From Candidatus Babeliales bacterium (lineage in GTDB: Bacteria; Babelota; Babeliae; Babelales; JABCYS01), in the NCBI GenBank assembly GCA_016929235.1, contig JAFGJD010000005.1, positions 92,168-156,167 of the forward strand: a DNA stretch of 64,000 bases, written 5' to 3'. How positions within the stretch are numbered: position 1 is the first letter of the stretch; every line of letters begins with the position of its first letter. The notes below the pieces were generated by a model. That model had not been told where the DNA came from. It was given only the letters and a program-made list of their open reading frames with translations, and did no database searches. Below, in pieces: positions 16,924-26,537 of the stretch. Made by a program: the position numbers and the translations under genes.

Positions 16924-18498
16924 ATGGTTATTACGCTTACAAACCTTTTGAATCCTGTAGTGATTACAGGTTTTGTCATGGTTCTACTTGGTCTTGTGCT
17001 ACTTGCATATAACTGGTTTCGCTTACAAAATGTCTCACGCTTACATCGAGAGGCTGAAGAGCGAGCCCGTGATCTCAAACACCGTATTGAATCTGAACGG
17101 CGAGAAGCATCTATTAAGATCAAGGACGAACTCTATAAAAAACGACAACAATTTGAACGCGAGATGAAAGAAGAACGCCTTGACCTCGATCGTTCTCAAA
17201 AAAAGCTCCAAGAAAAATATGATGCGCTCGAAGTAAAAGAGAACCGCATGGATGATATGCGACGAGAATTGCATCAAAAAGAACGTACGCTTTCTCGCAC
17301 TAGCGATATGCTCCGTATCAGCGAAAATAAGCTGAAAACCGTTTATAACGAACTCGTTGCTAAACTTGAGCGGATCAGTGGTATGAGTGTTGATGCTGCA
17401 AAGAAAATGCTTCTTGATACGCTCTCTAATGAAGTAAAAGAGTCGAATGAGCGATGGGTCCAAAAAATCGAAAATGAGGCTCGTGAAACGGCAAAAACAA
17501 AATCCATACGTATACTTGCTGATACGATGCAGCGCTATGCGGTCGAACAAGTTTCACAGCATTCGGCAAGTATTATCCATTTGCCAAACGATGATATGAA
17601 GGGTCGTATCATCGGCAAGGAAGGCCGTAATATTAAAGCACTTGAAAATGCTACCGGTATGGAATTTGTGATTGGCGATACGCCTGAAATAATCACTATC
17701 TCTGGATTTAATCCTATTCGCAGAGAGATAGCTCGCACGGCATTAGAACGATTAATTGGCGATGGTCGCATTAATCCAACACGCATTGAAGAAACGGTTG
17801 AGCAATGCGAAAAAGAAATCAACGAAATGATCGAGGAATACGGAAAGAATGCGGCACAGGACCTTGATGTGCAAGGCCTACATCCGGAGCTTATCACACT
17901 TCTCGGCAAGTTGTATTTTAGGACCTCGTTTACACAAAATGTTTTAGAACATAGTAAAGAAGTAGGCATGTTTGCTCGTACGATTGCAGAGGAGCTAGGT
18001 CTCAATGGATCTATTGCGGCGCGAGCTGGCTTGCTGCATGACATAGGCAAAGCGGTTTCTGCAGAGATAGAGGGCCCCCATGCTCGTATTGGTGCAGATA
18101 TTGCTAAGCGGTGCGGCGAAGACGCCTTAGTGGTCAATGCCATAGCGGCTCATCATGAAGAGGTTCCGTATGTATCGATCTATTCCCTGATCATTGTAAT
18201 TGCGGATACAATTTCTGCATCGCGACCAGGTGCACGTCGTGAAACGCTCGCTGCCTACATTAAGCGGCTTGAATCGCTTGAAGACCTAGCGATGAAGTTT
18301 GATGGTGTAAAACGTGCTTTCGCATTGCAGGCTGGACGCGAAGTTCGCATTATCGTACAAGAGGATTATCTTGATGATGATAAAGCTGCTATCTTGGCAC
18401 GTGACGTGGCAAAAAAGATAGAGGATGAGATGAATTTCCCAGGACAGATTAAAGTTAATGTGATTCGAGAAAAACGTATTGTCGAATATGCGAGGTAA
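16924..18498 (+). CDS. rny: Ribonuclease Y
   Basis: It has an N-terminal TM, a Lys/Glu-rich coiled coil, a KH domain (GRIIGKEGRNIKALE) and an HD domain (LLHDIGKA...AAHHEE). Confidence 0.95.
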   Translation: MVITLTNLLNPVVITGFVMVLLGLVLLAYNWFRLQNVSRLHREAEERARDLKHRIESERREASIKIKDELYKKRQQFEREMKEERLDLDRSQKKLQEKYDALEVKENRMDDMRRELHQKERTLSRTSDMLRISENKLKTVYNELVAKLERISGMSVDAAKKMLLDTLSNEVKESNERWVQKIENEARETAKTKSIRILADTMQRYAVEQVSQHSASIIHLPNDDMKGRIIGKEGRNIKALENATGMEFVIGDTPEIITISGFNPIRREIARTALERLIGDGRINPTRIEETVEQCEKEINEMIEEYGKNAAQDLDVQGLHPELITLLGKLYFRTSFTQNVLEHSKEVGMFARTIAEELGLNGSIAARAGLLHDIGKAVSAEIEGPHARIGADIAKRCGEDALVVNAIAAHHEEVPYVSIYSLIIVIADTISASRPGARRETLAAYIKRLESLEDLAMKFDGVKRAFALQAGREVRIIVQEDYLDDDKAAILARDVAKKIEDEMNFPGQIKVNVIREKRIVEYAR

Positions 18499-18501
18499 CC
18501 A

Positions 18502-19320
18502 ATGAAAAAAGGGCTTAGGATCCTGTTTATTGGTGATATTGTCGGCCCGCTTGGTGTTGGCATTTTCCAAAAGCATATCGATGCTGTGAAAAAGCAGTGC
18601 GACATTGATGCTGTAGTCGTAAATGGTGAAAACGCAGCAACCGATGGGCGTGGTATTGTACCAAGAATTGCCGCATCTTTGAAGCATAATGGAGCTAATG
18701 TTATTACTACAGGGAATCATGTCTGGGCCCGTAGAGAAATCTATCAATACTTATCCGAAAACAACGATGTGCTCAGGCCAGCCAACTTTCCTAGTGGCTG
18801 TCCAGGAACTGGTGTTACAACGATTACTGTCCAGGGGCATACGGTTGGTATTATGAACCTCCAGGGTCGCGTATTTATGAACCAGCATGTAGACTGTCCT
18901 TTCAAGGCGGCCGATTCTTTACTAACGTATCTGAATTCTAAGACCAAGTGTATTTTTATTGATTTCCATGCTGAAACCACATCAGAGAAAATAGGTTTGG
19001 GCCATTACATGGATGGTAGGGTGACGGGCGTCGTGGGGACCCATACCCATGTGCAAACTGCTGATGAACGCATTCTACCGGGAGGGACGGCCTTTGTTAC
19101 GGATCTTGGCATGACGGGTGCACTTGATTCTATGCTGGGAATGAAGACATCATCTATTATGCCGCACTTGCTGACTCAAATGCCCAATAGATTTATGGTA
19201 GAAGACGCTGGGCCAGCAATTTTGAGTGGGGTATGGATTGAGTTTGATCCTATGACCGGAAAGGCGTTGAATATAGAACGAGTTTTAGTAAAAGACACTG
19301 AGTTTTCTTTGAACTCATAA
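18502..19320 (+). CDS. ymdB: YmdB-type metallophosphoesterase (2',3'-cyclic-nucleotide phosphodiesterase family)
   Basis: The motifs are ILFIGDIVG, VVVNGENAATDGRGI, TTGNHVW, IDFHAETTSEK and GTHTHVQTADERI. It lies directly downstream of rny, as in Firmicutes. Confidence 0.88.
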   Translation: MKKGLRILFIGDIVGPLGVGIFQKHIDAVKKQCDIDAVVVNGENAATDGRGIVPRIAASLKHNGANVITTGNHVWARREIYQYLSENNDVLRPANFPSGCPGTGVTTITVQGHTVGIMNLQGRVFMNQHVDCPFKAADSLLTYLNSKTKCIFIDFHAETTSEKIGLGHYMDGRVTGVVGTHTHVQTADERILPGGTAFVTDLGMTGALDSMLGMKTSSIMPHLLTQMPNRFMVEDAGPAILSGVWIEFDPMTGKALNIERVLVKDTEFSLNS

Positions 19321-19423
19321 CTCTTTTTCGATCAACTCTATCGTCGTCCTTTATCTGTTTGTTACTCTAAACAGAGGAGGGGGGAATCATATAATTAATC
19401 GTACGTATATCAGGGGGTGTCCA

Positions 19424-20326
19424 ATGATATTGGCATTTATTCTCTATGTTTTATTCGCACTTATTTTCATCTTTGGAAAAATATCATTGGGATATGGTAG
19501 TCCTATTTTTGCGGTAGGTGTTCGTATGCTTATAGCTGGGTTTATCCTGATGGGTTACTTATTGTGGAAGAATCCAAAAGCATTGCGTATACGTAAAAAG
19601 GACATTCTTCCAATTGTATTAGTAACTATCTTTAACGTGTACCTCACCAACGTACTTGAATTCTGGGGACTACAGTATTTGGTTTCAGCTAAGGCAAGCT
19701 TTCTATACAATTTATCCCCATTTCTCACAGCACTTCTTTCCTATTTTGTTTTTTATGAAAAGATGACAAAACGCAAGATCATAGGCCTCGTTGGAGGATT
19801 TATTGGTTTTCTTCCTATCTTAATGAGTGAATCTCAGGGTGAACTTGCTTCGGGACATATAGGATTCTTTTCGTGGCCTGAGCTTGCGCTTTTGGGCGCG
19901 GCAACAGCAACAACGGTTGGCTGGATAGCATTGCGCACCATGGTTACTCACGGATTTTCACCAATTGCTGCTAACGCATGGAGTATGTTAATCACTGGAT
20001 TCTTATGTATTCCTACCTCGCTTGTATTCGAAACGTGGAATCCATTTCCTGTCGTAGCGTGGAAACCGTTCTTGGGCTGGACCTTGATTATTGCTATGAT
20101 CTCAAATTTGATATGTTACAACCTTTATGGCTACCTTTTAAAGCGATACTCGGCAACGTTAATGGCATTCCTCGGTTTCTTCTCTCCATTCATCGCTGCC
20201 ATTGTTGGTTGGTTGGTACTTGGAGAAACGGTAACATGGAACTTTGTTACCTCTGCTGTTATTGTGTTTGTTTCATTCTACCTCTTTTACAAGGAAGAAT
20301 TGCGTCAGGGTTATATCAAGATTTGA
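19424..20326 (+). CDS. EamA/DMT-superfamily transporter (10 TM), paralogue 1
   Basis: It is 300 aa with two EamA halves. The C-terminus is FYLFYKEELRQGYIKI. Confidence 0.85.
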   Translation: MILAFILYVLFALIFIFGKISLGYGSPIFAVGVRMLIAGFILMGYLLWKNPKALRIRKKDILPIVLVTIFNVYLTNVLEFWGLQYLVSAKASFLYNLSPFLTALLSYFVFYEKMTKRKIIGLVGGFIGFLPILMSESQGELASGHIGFFSWPELALLGAATATTVGWIALRTMVTHGFSPIAANAWSMLITGFLCIPTSLVFETWNPFPVVAWKPFLGWTLIIAMISNLICYNLYGYLLKRYSATLMAFLGFFSPFIAAIVGWLVLGETVTWNFVTSAVIVFVSFYLFYKEELRQGYIKI

Positions 20327-20338
20327 TGAAAGGATTCA

Positions 20339-21244
20339 ATGAAATTAATAATACTGTTCAACGCAATTTCGGCAGCCAGTTTTCCTATCAGTAAGTATCT
20401 TATCGGAGTAATGCCACCATTCTTATTGACTGCTGTAAGACAGCTTTTGAGCGGCATAGCATTGTTGGTATACCAATATTTTATGAAGCCTCATACTCTA
20501 TATATTAAGCGCAAAGACTGGGGCAGTCTCGTTGCAATTGGACTCTGGTTAATGTGCTTATCCCTGGTGCCTATCTATTATTCTTTAGACTACATTACGA
20601 CTGCGCGCTCTAGTTTTATTTTTAATCTTACCCCATTCATCACAGCATTCCTTTCATACCTATATTTTAAGGAAACACTTACCATTAAAAAAACGTTGGG
20701 GCTTTTTATTGCCATTGTAGGGTTCCTTCCCCTATTGTTGACTGAATCTCCAGGCGAGTCATCTAAAAACGGTATGCTCTGGATTTTTAGCTATGGAGAA
20801 CTGTTTGCTATTGGCGGAGTTTTCGCATGGGCCTATGGCTGGGTCTTGGTAAGAAAGTTAGTCTCGTGCAAACGATATTCCCCTATAGCTATTATGGGAT
20901 ATACCATGGTAATTGGGAGTTTTTTCTCATTTATAGGTGCAGGTATATTTGAGTCATACCGTGTTTCATATACTCATGGATATGTGGCACTGATTTTGTT
21001 TATTCTCTTTATGGGCGGTAATGCAATAGGGTACAGCCTTTACTCGTATCTTTTGCAACAATATACTGCAACATTTCTTTCATTTGCAGCGTTTATGATG
21101 CCGATGTTTGCGGCCTTGTTTGGATGGATATGTCTACATGAGCCCATTACAATCTACTTAGTTGTTTCAACGATACTTGTTTTTGTTGGTCTTTATTTGT
21201 TCTATCAAGAAGAACTTCGACAAGGATATGTCGTACGCGACTAA
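20339..21244 (+). CDS. EamA/DMT-superfamily transporter, paralogue 2
   Basis: It is 301 aa with the same architecture. The C-terminus is LYLFYQEELRQGYVVRD. Confidence 0.85.
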   Translation: MKLIILFNAISAASFPISKYLIGVMPPFLLTAVRQLLSGIALLVYQYFMKPHTLYIKRKDWGSLVAIGLWLMCLSLVPIYYSLDYITTARSSFIFNLTPFITAFLSYLYFKETLTIKKTLGLFIAIVGFLPLLLTESPGESSKNGMLWIFSYGELFAIGGVFAWAYGWVLVRKLVSCKRYSPIAIMGYTMVIGSFFSFIGAGIFESYRVSYTHGYVALILFILFMGGNAIGYSLYSYLLQQYTATFLSFAAFMMPMFAALFGWICLHEPITIYLVVSTILVFVGLYLFYQEELRQGYVVRD

Positions 21245-21327
21245 TCGCTGTTGGCATACCTCAAAAAATGCGTATATTGAGATTCTTGTAAAGAAGCCCA
21301 CAGACCTATGGGGATCTCAAAAGGCAG

Positions 21328-22002
21328 ATGAAGACGTATCTAAAATATTTACTTTTTGCTGTGATAGCGTCACTTCCAATTTTGTTTTATGTATTTAACT
21401 TCAATGAACATCTCACCGTTGCAAACCTAAAATATTACCAATGTTTGTTGAAGGAGATGGTGGATCAGCATCAGTTTCTGTCGATTATTCTTTTCATGCT
21501 CGCGTATACTGCAAGCGTGGTTGCATCACTTCCTCTTGGCGGCCTTTTTACATTGACTGGCGGCTTTTTATTTGGGGTGTTTCCTACGGTGATTTGCGTC
21601 GATATCTCTGCGACTGCGGGAGCTATAGGGGCATTTCTTTTGGCGCGATACGTCTTTGGAGAGGCATTGCATAAAAAATACCCTTACTACATAAGCAAGC
21701 TTTCAGGAGAACTTTCACAATATGGATGGAGTTACATGTTGAGCATACGCCTCAACGCTGCCATCCCATTCTTCATCACCAATATGATTATTGGGCTCAC
21801 TCCATTACCTCTCAAAACATTCATCTGGACTACAGCTGTCGGAATGATTCCGAGTATTACCTTATTTGCATTTGCCGGAAGTCGTTTAGCAACAATTCAT
21901 ACTATTGGGGATATTGTCACGCCACATGTTCTAATGGCATTTGGAGCATTAGCATTGTTGCCGATTTTCTCAATGCTTGCGCGTCGTTGGTATAGAGCTT
22001 GA
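21328..22002 (+). CDS. TVP38/TMEM64 (DedA-related, SNARE-associated) family membrane protein
   Basis: The core VVASLPLGGLFTLTGGFLFGVFP...ATAGAIGAFLLARYVFG is typical of the family. Confidence 0.75.
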   Translation: MKTYLKYLLFAVIASLPILFYVFNFNEHLTVANLKYYQCLLKEMVDQHQFLSIILFMLAYTASVVASLPLGGLFTLTGGFLFGVFPTVICVDISATAGAIGAFLLARYVFGEALHKKYPYYISKLSGELSQYGWSYMLSIRLNAAIPFFITNMIIGLTPLPLKTFIWTTAVGMIPSITLFAFAGSRLATIHTIGDIVTPHVLMAFGALALLPIFSMLARRWYRA

Positions 22003-22057
22003 CCTTCATACTCAGCTTTTCTATAGTCAGGCAAATTCGTTGTTATAAGGAGAGGCT

Positions 22058-22507
22058 ATGAATATAAAATCGTGTTTCATCATTGGATTTCTTGTGAGCT
22101 TTCCGCTTTCAACATTTCCATGGATTTGGACGCTTATGAATGATACAAATAAGCCAGTGCTTGTTGTGCCAAATGGTTCCTATGCTTTGCGCATAGAGCC
22201 ACGTCAGGTCAAAGCTCTTGATACGGGGGTTACTCCTACTTGGTGGAATAAAATGCAAAGCTATATGGCTCCTCCTTCGTTTGCTATCTATTTTGAAACC
22301 AATACAGAAGATGTTTTTGTACAACGCTTCAAGCTCACAGAGCGACATACGGTTGCAAAAAACGATCGATTGAAAATTAGTGATATTGGCCGGAATACTG
22401 AAGTTGCTGCTAAAAATTTTCATGTAAAGACCTTTTTTATCCCTGAACAACAGCAAGCACAAGAACTAAAACAAGCTAAAAAAATGAGTAAGAAGAACAA
22501 AAAATGA
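22058..22507 (+). CDS. Hypothetical secreted or anchored protein with Lys-rich C-terminus
   Basis: The N-terminal hydrophobic segment is CFIIGFLVSFPLSTFPWIW. I recognised no family. Its stop overlaps the next EamA start in an ATGA. Confidence 0.5.
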   Translation: MNIKSCFIIGFLVSFPLSTFPWIWTLMNDTNKPVLVVPNGSYALRIEPRQVKALDTGVTPTWWNKMQSYMAPPSFAIYFETNTEDVFVQRFKLTERHTVAKNDRLKISDIGRNTEVAAKNFHVKTFFIPEQQQAQELKQAKKMSKKNKK

Positions 22508-23406
22508 TCTTAATTGCGGTCCTCTACCTGATCTGTGCAAGTACGTTTACGATATCAAAAAATGCTTTGAATTACGCTGACCCAATCTTTTTTACGGGTG
22601 TCCGCATGACTTTATCGGGGATCTTGCTCCTCAGTTATCATCTTGTCCGAAATGGTTATTCGCTGCGGCTTAAGCGTGATCATTATCTACTATTTGGACA
22701 GGTTGTACTGTTCTACATCTACTTGGCCTATGTCTTTGATATTCTAGCGCTTCAACATCTTACCTCAGCAAAAGCATGTTTGCTCTATGATCTTTCACCA
22801 TTTATCACAGCATTGTTTTCCTACTTTGCGTTTCGTGAGGTGATGACCACAAAAAAATGGGTAGGTTTGAGTATCGGCCTTGTTGGATTCTTGCCAAGTC
22901 TCTTGTCACAAGCTGCGCGTGAGGCAGCACCAGTAGGTGTACCGTTTTTATTACCAGAAGGATTGATGTTGGGTGCCGTAGTAAGCTCGGTGTATGGCTG
23001 GGTGGTAGTTCGTAAACTTGTGCGAGAAGGGTCATATTCTCCTGTGCTGATTAATGGAGTGGCAATGTTGGGCGGGGGCCTGCTTGCGCTTCTCACCTCT
23101 TTTTTCTGGGAGGGATGGTATACAGCTCCAGTGACCAATGTAGGTCAGTTCGCTCTTTATACAGGATTGATTATCCTTACATCGAGTGTGTTATTCTCGA
23201 ATCTATATGCGTATCTTCTCAAAAAGTATTCTGCAACATTACTTTCATTTGCAGGATTTACCGCACCATTATTTGCAGCATTACTTGGCGGGATATTTCT
23301 TGGTGAGACTGTGTCTTGGGATTTCTTTGTTACTACAGGGTTTGTAGTTTTTGGTATCTACTTATTTTATCAGGAAGAACTTAAACAAGGGTATGTTCTC
23401 GATTAG
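22504..23406 (+). CDS. EamA/DMT-superfamily transporter, paralogue 3
   Basis: It is 300 aa. The C-terminus is IYLFYQEELKQGYVLD. Confidence 0.85.
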   Translation: MILIAVLYLICASTFTISKNALNYADPIFFTGVRMTLSGILLLSYHLVRNGYSLRLKRDHYLLFGQVVLFYIYLAYVFDILALQHLTSAKACLLYDLSPFITALFSYFAFREVMTTKKWVGLSIGLVGFLPSLLSQAAREAAPVGVPFLLPEGLMLGAVVSSVYGWVVVRKLVREGSYSPVLINGVAMLGGGLLALLTSFFWEGWYTAPVTNVGQFALYTGLIILTSSVLFSNLYAYLLKKYSATLLSFAGFTAPLFAALLGGIFLGETVSWDFFVTTGFVVFGIYLFYQEELKQGYVLD

Positions 23407-23408
23407 AG

Positions 23409-23777
23409 TTATAGATCTTCTGTATATTTTCCTGATCGTCCCCTCCATTTTTTTACAGGATACTTTTCACAGATCTCTTGCAGTTTTCGTTCGAAATTAG
23501 AGCTTACATCAATATTATAGTGTACCGCAAAGGTGAGTAGAGCGATAAGGACGTCAGATAACTCATCGCGAATGCATTTTCCCTTGATTGGATCATCTAA
23601 TAAATCTTCAGATTCTTTTTCAGTTGTCCATCGAAAGATATCTAAAAGCTCCGCGGCTTCTGAAGCAATAGCCATACTAAGATTTTTTGGCGAATGATAT
23701 TGGCGCCAGTTGCGATCACTGACAAATGTTTGAATTTGATCTTTTAATGCTTGTACTGTTCTATCTTGGTCATTCAT
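23409..23777 (-). CDS. MazG-like nucleoside-triphosphate pyrophosphohydrolase (dCTPase-like)
   Basis: FVSDRNWRQYHSPKNLSMAIASEAAELLDIFRW...ELSDVLIALLTFA shows the EExxE/D metal-binding helices of a small all-alpha NTP-PPase. Confidence 0.75.
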   Translation of the reverse strand: MNDQDRTVQALKDQIQTFVSDRNWRQYHSPKNLSMAIASEAAELLDIFRWTTEKESEDLLDDPIKGKCIRDELSDVLIALLTFAVHYNIDVSSNFERKLQEICEKYPVKKWRGRSGKYTEDL

Positions 23778-23829
23778 ATAAGCCTCCTCATCCTAGATAA
23801 ACTAGGAACCAAGTATACGGCTCTGGCAG

Positions 23830-24744
23830 CTATTGGCAATGCATTTTATATAGTGATTTAAGCTTTTCGGCCGCAGTTTCTAATTTTTTTTGTTCTTCGT
23901 TGTTGAGAGGTGTTTTAATGATCTGCTGTATGCCTCTACGGCCCAAGACTGCCGGCATGTTAAGAGCAACATCTAGATCTTCTAGGTAACAGGAAACCGG
24001 AAGCACGCGCTTTTGATCAAATAGAATAGTTTCACATAATACGGCAACACAAGTGCCAACACCAAAAAAGGTTGCACCTTTACATTCAATGATACGATAC
24101 ACTTCTTGCCGTACTGTATCTTCAAGTTTTGCACATTGTGTTCTAGATAATCCTGCAAATTTAACCAGTGGAACTCCAGCAACGCTTGCTGATGACCAAG
24201 CAACAAATTGTGCATCTCCATGCTCTCCAAGAATATTTACGTGTAATGATTGTTCTGCAATATGAAGTTGCTTGGTTAGCAGACTACGAAGCCTTTGTGT
24301 ATCAAGCAATGTTCCAGATCCGAACACTTGTGTTATGGGAAGACCAGACGATGCCTGAACAACGCGTGTCATAATATCAACCGGATTAGTTACCACAATA
24401 ATAATAGTATCCGTCTTAAGTGGTTTAAGGTCCTGCATAATAGAGCATACAATGGTGCGATTTGTTTTTACTAAGTCAGCACGGTCTTGTCCTGGCTCCT
24501 GACGAGCTCCTGCTGCGATGATAATAATATCAGCCTCCCTGGCCTCCTTAATTGTTACGGCATGGATACGGGATGCAACGCTGAAGGGAAGGGCATCAGT
24601 AAGATCGAGAACCTCTCCAATACATTTTTTATTGTTCTTATCGACTAGCATAATATGCGGAACTAAGTTACGCATTATTAAAGCGTATGCTGTCGTAGTT
24701 CCTACAGAACCTGCCCCGATGATAGCTACTGCGGAATGCCTCAT
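23830..24744 (-). CDS. ldh: L-lactate dehydrogenase (LDH/MDH family)
   Basis: It has a Rossmann motif (IIGAGSVGTT) and the catalytic GEHGD. AGARQEPGQDRADL carries Gln at the position that discriminates LDH from MDH, which has Arg. Confidence 0.85.
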   Translation of the reverse strand: MRHSAVAIIGAGSVGTTTAYALIMRNLVPHIMLVDKNNKKCIGEVLDLTDALPFSVASRIHAVTIKEAREADIIIIAAGARQEPGQDRADLVKTNRTIVCSIMQDLKPLKTDTIIIVVTNPVDIMTRVVQASSGLPITQVFGSGTLLDTQRLRSLLTKQLHIAEQSLHVNILGEHGDAQFVAWSSASVAGVPLVKFAGLSRTQCAKLEDTVRQEVYRIIECKGATFFGVGTCVAVLCETILFDQKRVLPVSCYLEDLDVALNMPAVLGRRGIQQIIKTPLNNEEQKKLETAAEKLKSLYKMHCQ

Positions 24745-25092
24745 AGTATGTTTCCTTTTTCTTATGAAACGACACTAAGACTGTAGTCTACCTACCACAA
24801 GACCGAAAAAGAAAGTATCTTTTTGTTGTGCATATTTAATTATAGTTACTAGGTGAGAGATAAACCCTGGCAATCTAAAGGCTTAATCCTTTTTCTAGGA
24901 ATTTCTATAAGAATTTTTGTGCTGTGATCAAATAGCGCCTCTCGTGTAAGGTTTGGCCAATAGAAGATAATTGTTATTTTTTTATAACTTTTCATACTGT
25001 CCTCTTTTTAAGGGTGCTTGATCTTTTTCTTTTTATTATGGTCTATTTATGGTAATTCTATTGACATAAGTAGCTATTTCTTGAAAGTCGGC

Positions 25093-26517
25093 ATGATGAA
25101 AAAATTACCTGATCTTGTGACATCGTTTCCAGAATGGTACCAAGAGGTTATCTACCAGGCTGAACTGGCTGATCAATCTCCTGTCAGAGGTTCTATGGTT
25201 ATTCGGCCCTATGGAACGGCGTTATGGGAAAATATCAAAAATATCCTAGATAAGAAAATCAAGGATACCGGACATCAAAATGCGATTTTCCCACTTTTGA
25301 TTCCAATGTCATTTCTCAAAAAAGAAGCAGAACATGTAGAAGGATTTGCTCCCGAACTTGCTGTGGTAACACATGCTGGGGGCAAGGAGCTTGATGAGCC
25401 ATATGTTATTCGCCCAACATCAGAAACGATAATTCACTATATGTTTGCCCAATGGATCAAATCATGGCGCGATCTTCCCATGAAAATTAATCAATGGGCT
25501 AACGTAATGCGTTGGGAACTCCGTCCACGAGCCTTTTTAAGGACCAGTGAATTTTTCTGGCAAGAGGGGCATACTGCCCATGAAACAGCAGAAGAGGCTC
25601 ATGAGGAAGCACTACTTATGTTAAATCAGTATATTGACTTGTGTGAAAAGGAATTAGCTATTCCAATAATTGCGGGAGCAAAATCAGAGAGTGAAAAATT
25701 TGCTGGAGCCGATAAGACCTATACTCTCGAAGGGATTATGCAAGATGGTAAGGCTCTCCAAATGTGTACCTCACATCTAATTTCACAAAGTTTTGCCAAG
25801 GCATTTGGCATGCAATTTCAAGACAAGACCGGTGCACTTGCCTACCCTTATTTGACTAGCTGGGGTGCAACAACACGTTTGATTGGGGCAATGGTTATGA
25901 CGCATGGCGATAATAAGGGACTTATTATGCCGCCACGAGTTGCACCAATACAGGTTGTGATCATTCCAATTATGAAGAAGGGAGCCGATGAGCAGACGCT
26001 TCTAAAAGCTGCTGGTTATCTTAAGGAAGGCCTTGAGAAGGAAGGTATTCGTGTCAGGGTAGATGCAGATACGCATGAAACACCCGGATCAAAATTCTAC
26101 AAATGGGAAATGAAGGGCGTTCCTATTCGTATAGAAATAGGCCCTCGTGATCTTTTAGCCGGTACCGTTTTGTGCAAAGATCGACTTGGTATGAGTAAAG
26201 AATCTATTGCGCTGAATGAATGCGTTGTACATGTTACTAGGCTTCTTGATACAATCCAAAATGAACTATTCAAACGAGCGTGTGCACGCCGTGATGCATT
26301 ACTGAAGCATGGGGAGCTTTTGGAAGAGTTTGGAAATATCTTAGCAAAAGAACCTGGTGCGTATATTACTGGATGGTGTCAAGATCCTCTCTGTGAAGAG
26401 AAATTTAAGCCTTATAAGGCAACCATTCGGTGTCTATTAAAATCAAAAGATCATAAAGTGTGCTGCGTATGTCATGAGCAAAGCTTAGGCGATATTATTC
26501 TTGCACGGGCATATTAA
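25093..26517 (+). CDS. proS: Prolyl-tRNA synthetase, archaeal/eukaryal-like architecture (no INS editing domain)
   Basis: The motifs are FPEWYQEVIYQAELAD and class II motifs (IRPTSET, FRTSEFFWQEGHT). The length is ~475 aa. The Cys-rich C-terminal domain (CQDPLCEEK...CCVCHE) ends in Tyr. I prefer ATG 25093 over TTG 25018. Confidence 0.9.
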   Translation: MMKKLPDLVTSFPEWYQEVIYQAELADQSPVRGSMVIRPYGTALWENIKNILDKKIKDTGHQNAIFPLLIPMSFLKKEAEHVEGFAPELAVVTHAGGKELDEPYVIRPTSETIIHYMFAQWIKSWRDLPMKINQWANVMRWELRPRAFLRTSEFFWQEGHTAHETAEEAHEEALLMLNQYIDLCEKELAIPIIAGAKSESEKFAGADKTYTLEGIMQDGKALQMCTSHLISQSFAKAFGMQFQDKTGALAYPYLTSWGATTRLIGAMVMTHGDNKGLIMPPRVAPIQVVIIPIMKKGADEQTLLKAAGYLKEGLEKEGIRVRVDADTHETPGSKFYKWEMKGVPIRIEIGPRDLLAGTVLCKDRLGMSKESIALNECVVHVTRLLDTIQNELFKRACARRDALLKHGELLEEFGNILAKEPGAYITGWCQDPLCEEKFKPYKATIRCLLKSKDHKVCCVCHEQSLGDIILARAY

Positions 26518-26537
26518 AGCATGAAAAGGAGAGAGGT

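Noticed and set aside
17041-18143. Two long minus-strand ORFs (169 and 202 aa) antisense to rny.
   Set aside because: rny is unambiguous, with KH and HD motifs. The antisense frames are low-complexity (Phe/Ile/Ser/Leu-rich mirrors of the Lys/Glu-rich coiled coil) and have no independent support.
19978-20394. A 138-aa + ORF bridging the first two EamA genes out of frame.
   Set aside because: It overlaps two transporter genes whose frames give clean TM helices. Its own translation is Cys/Trp/Arg-rich and implausible.
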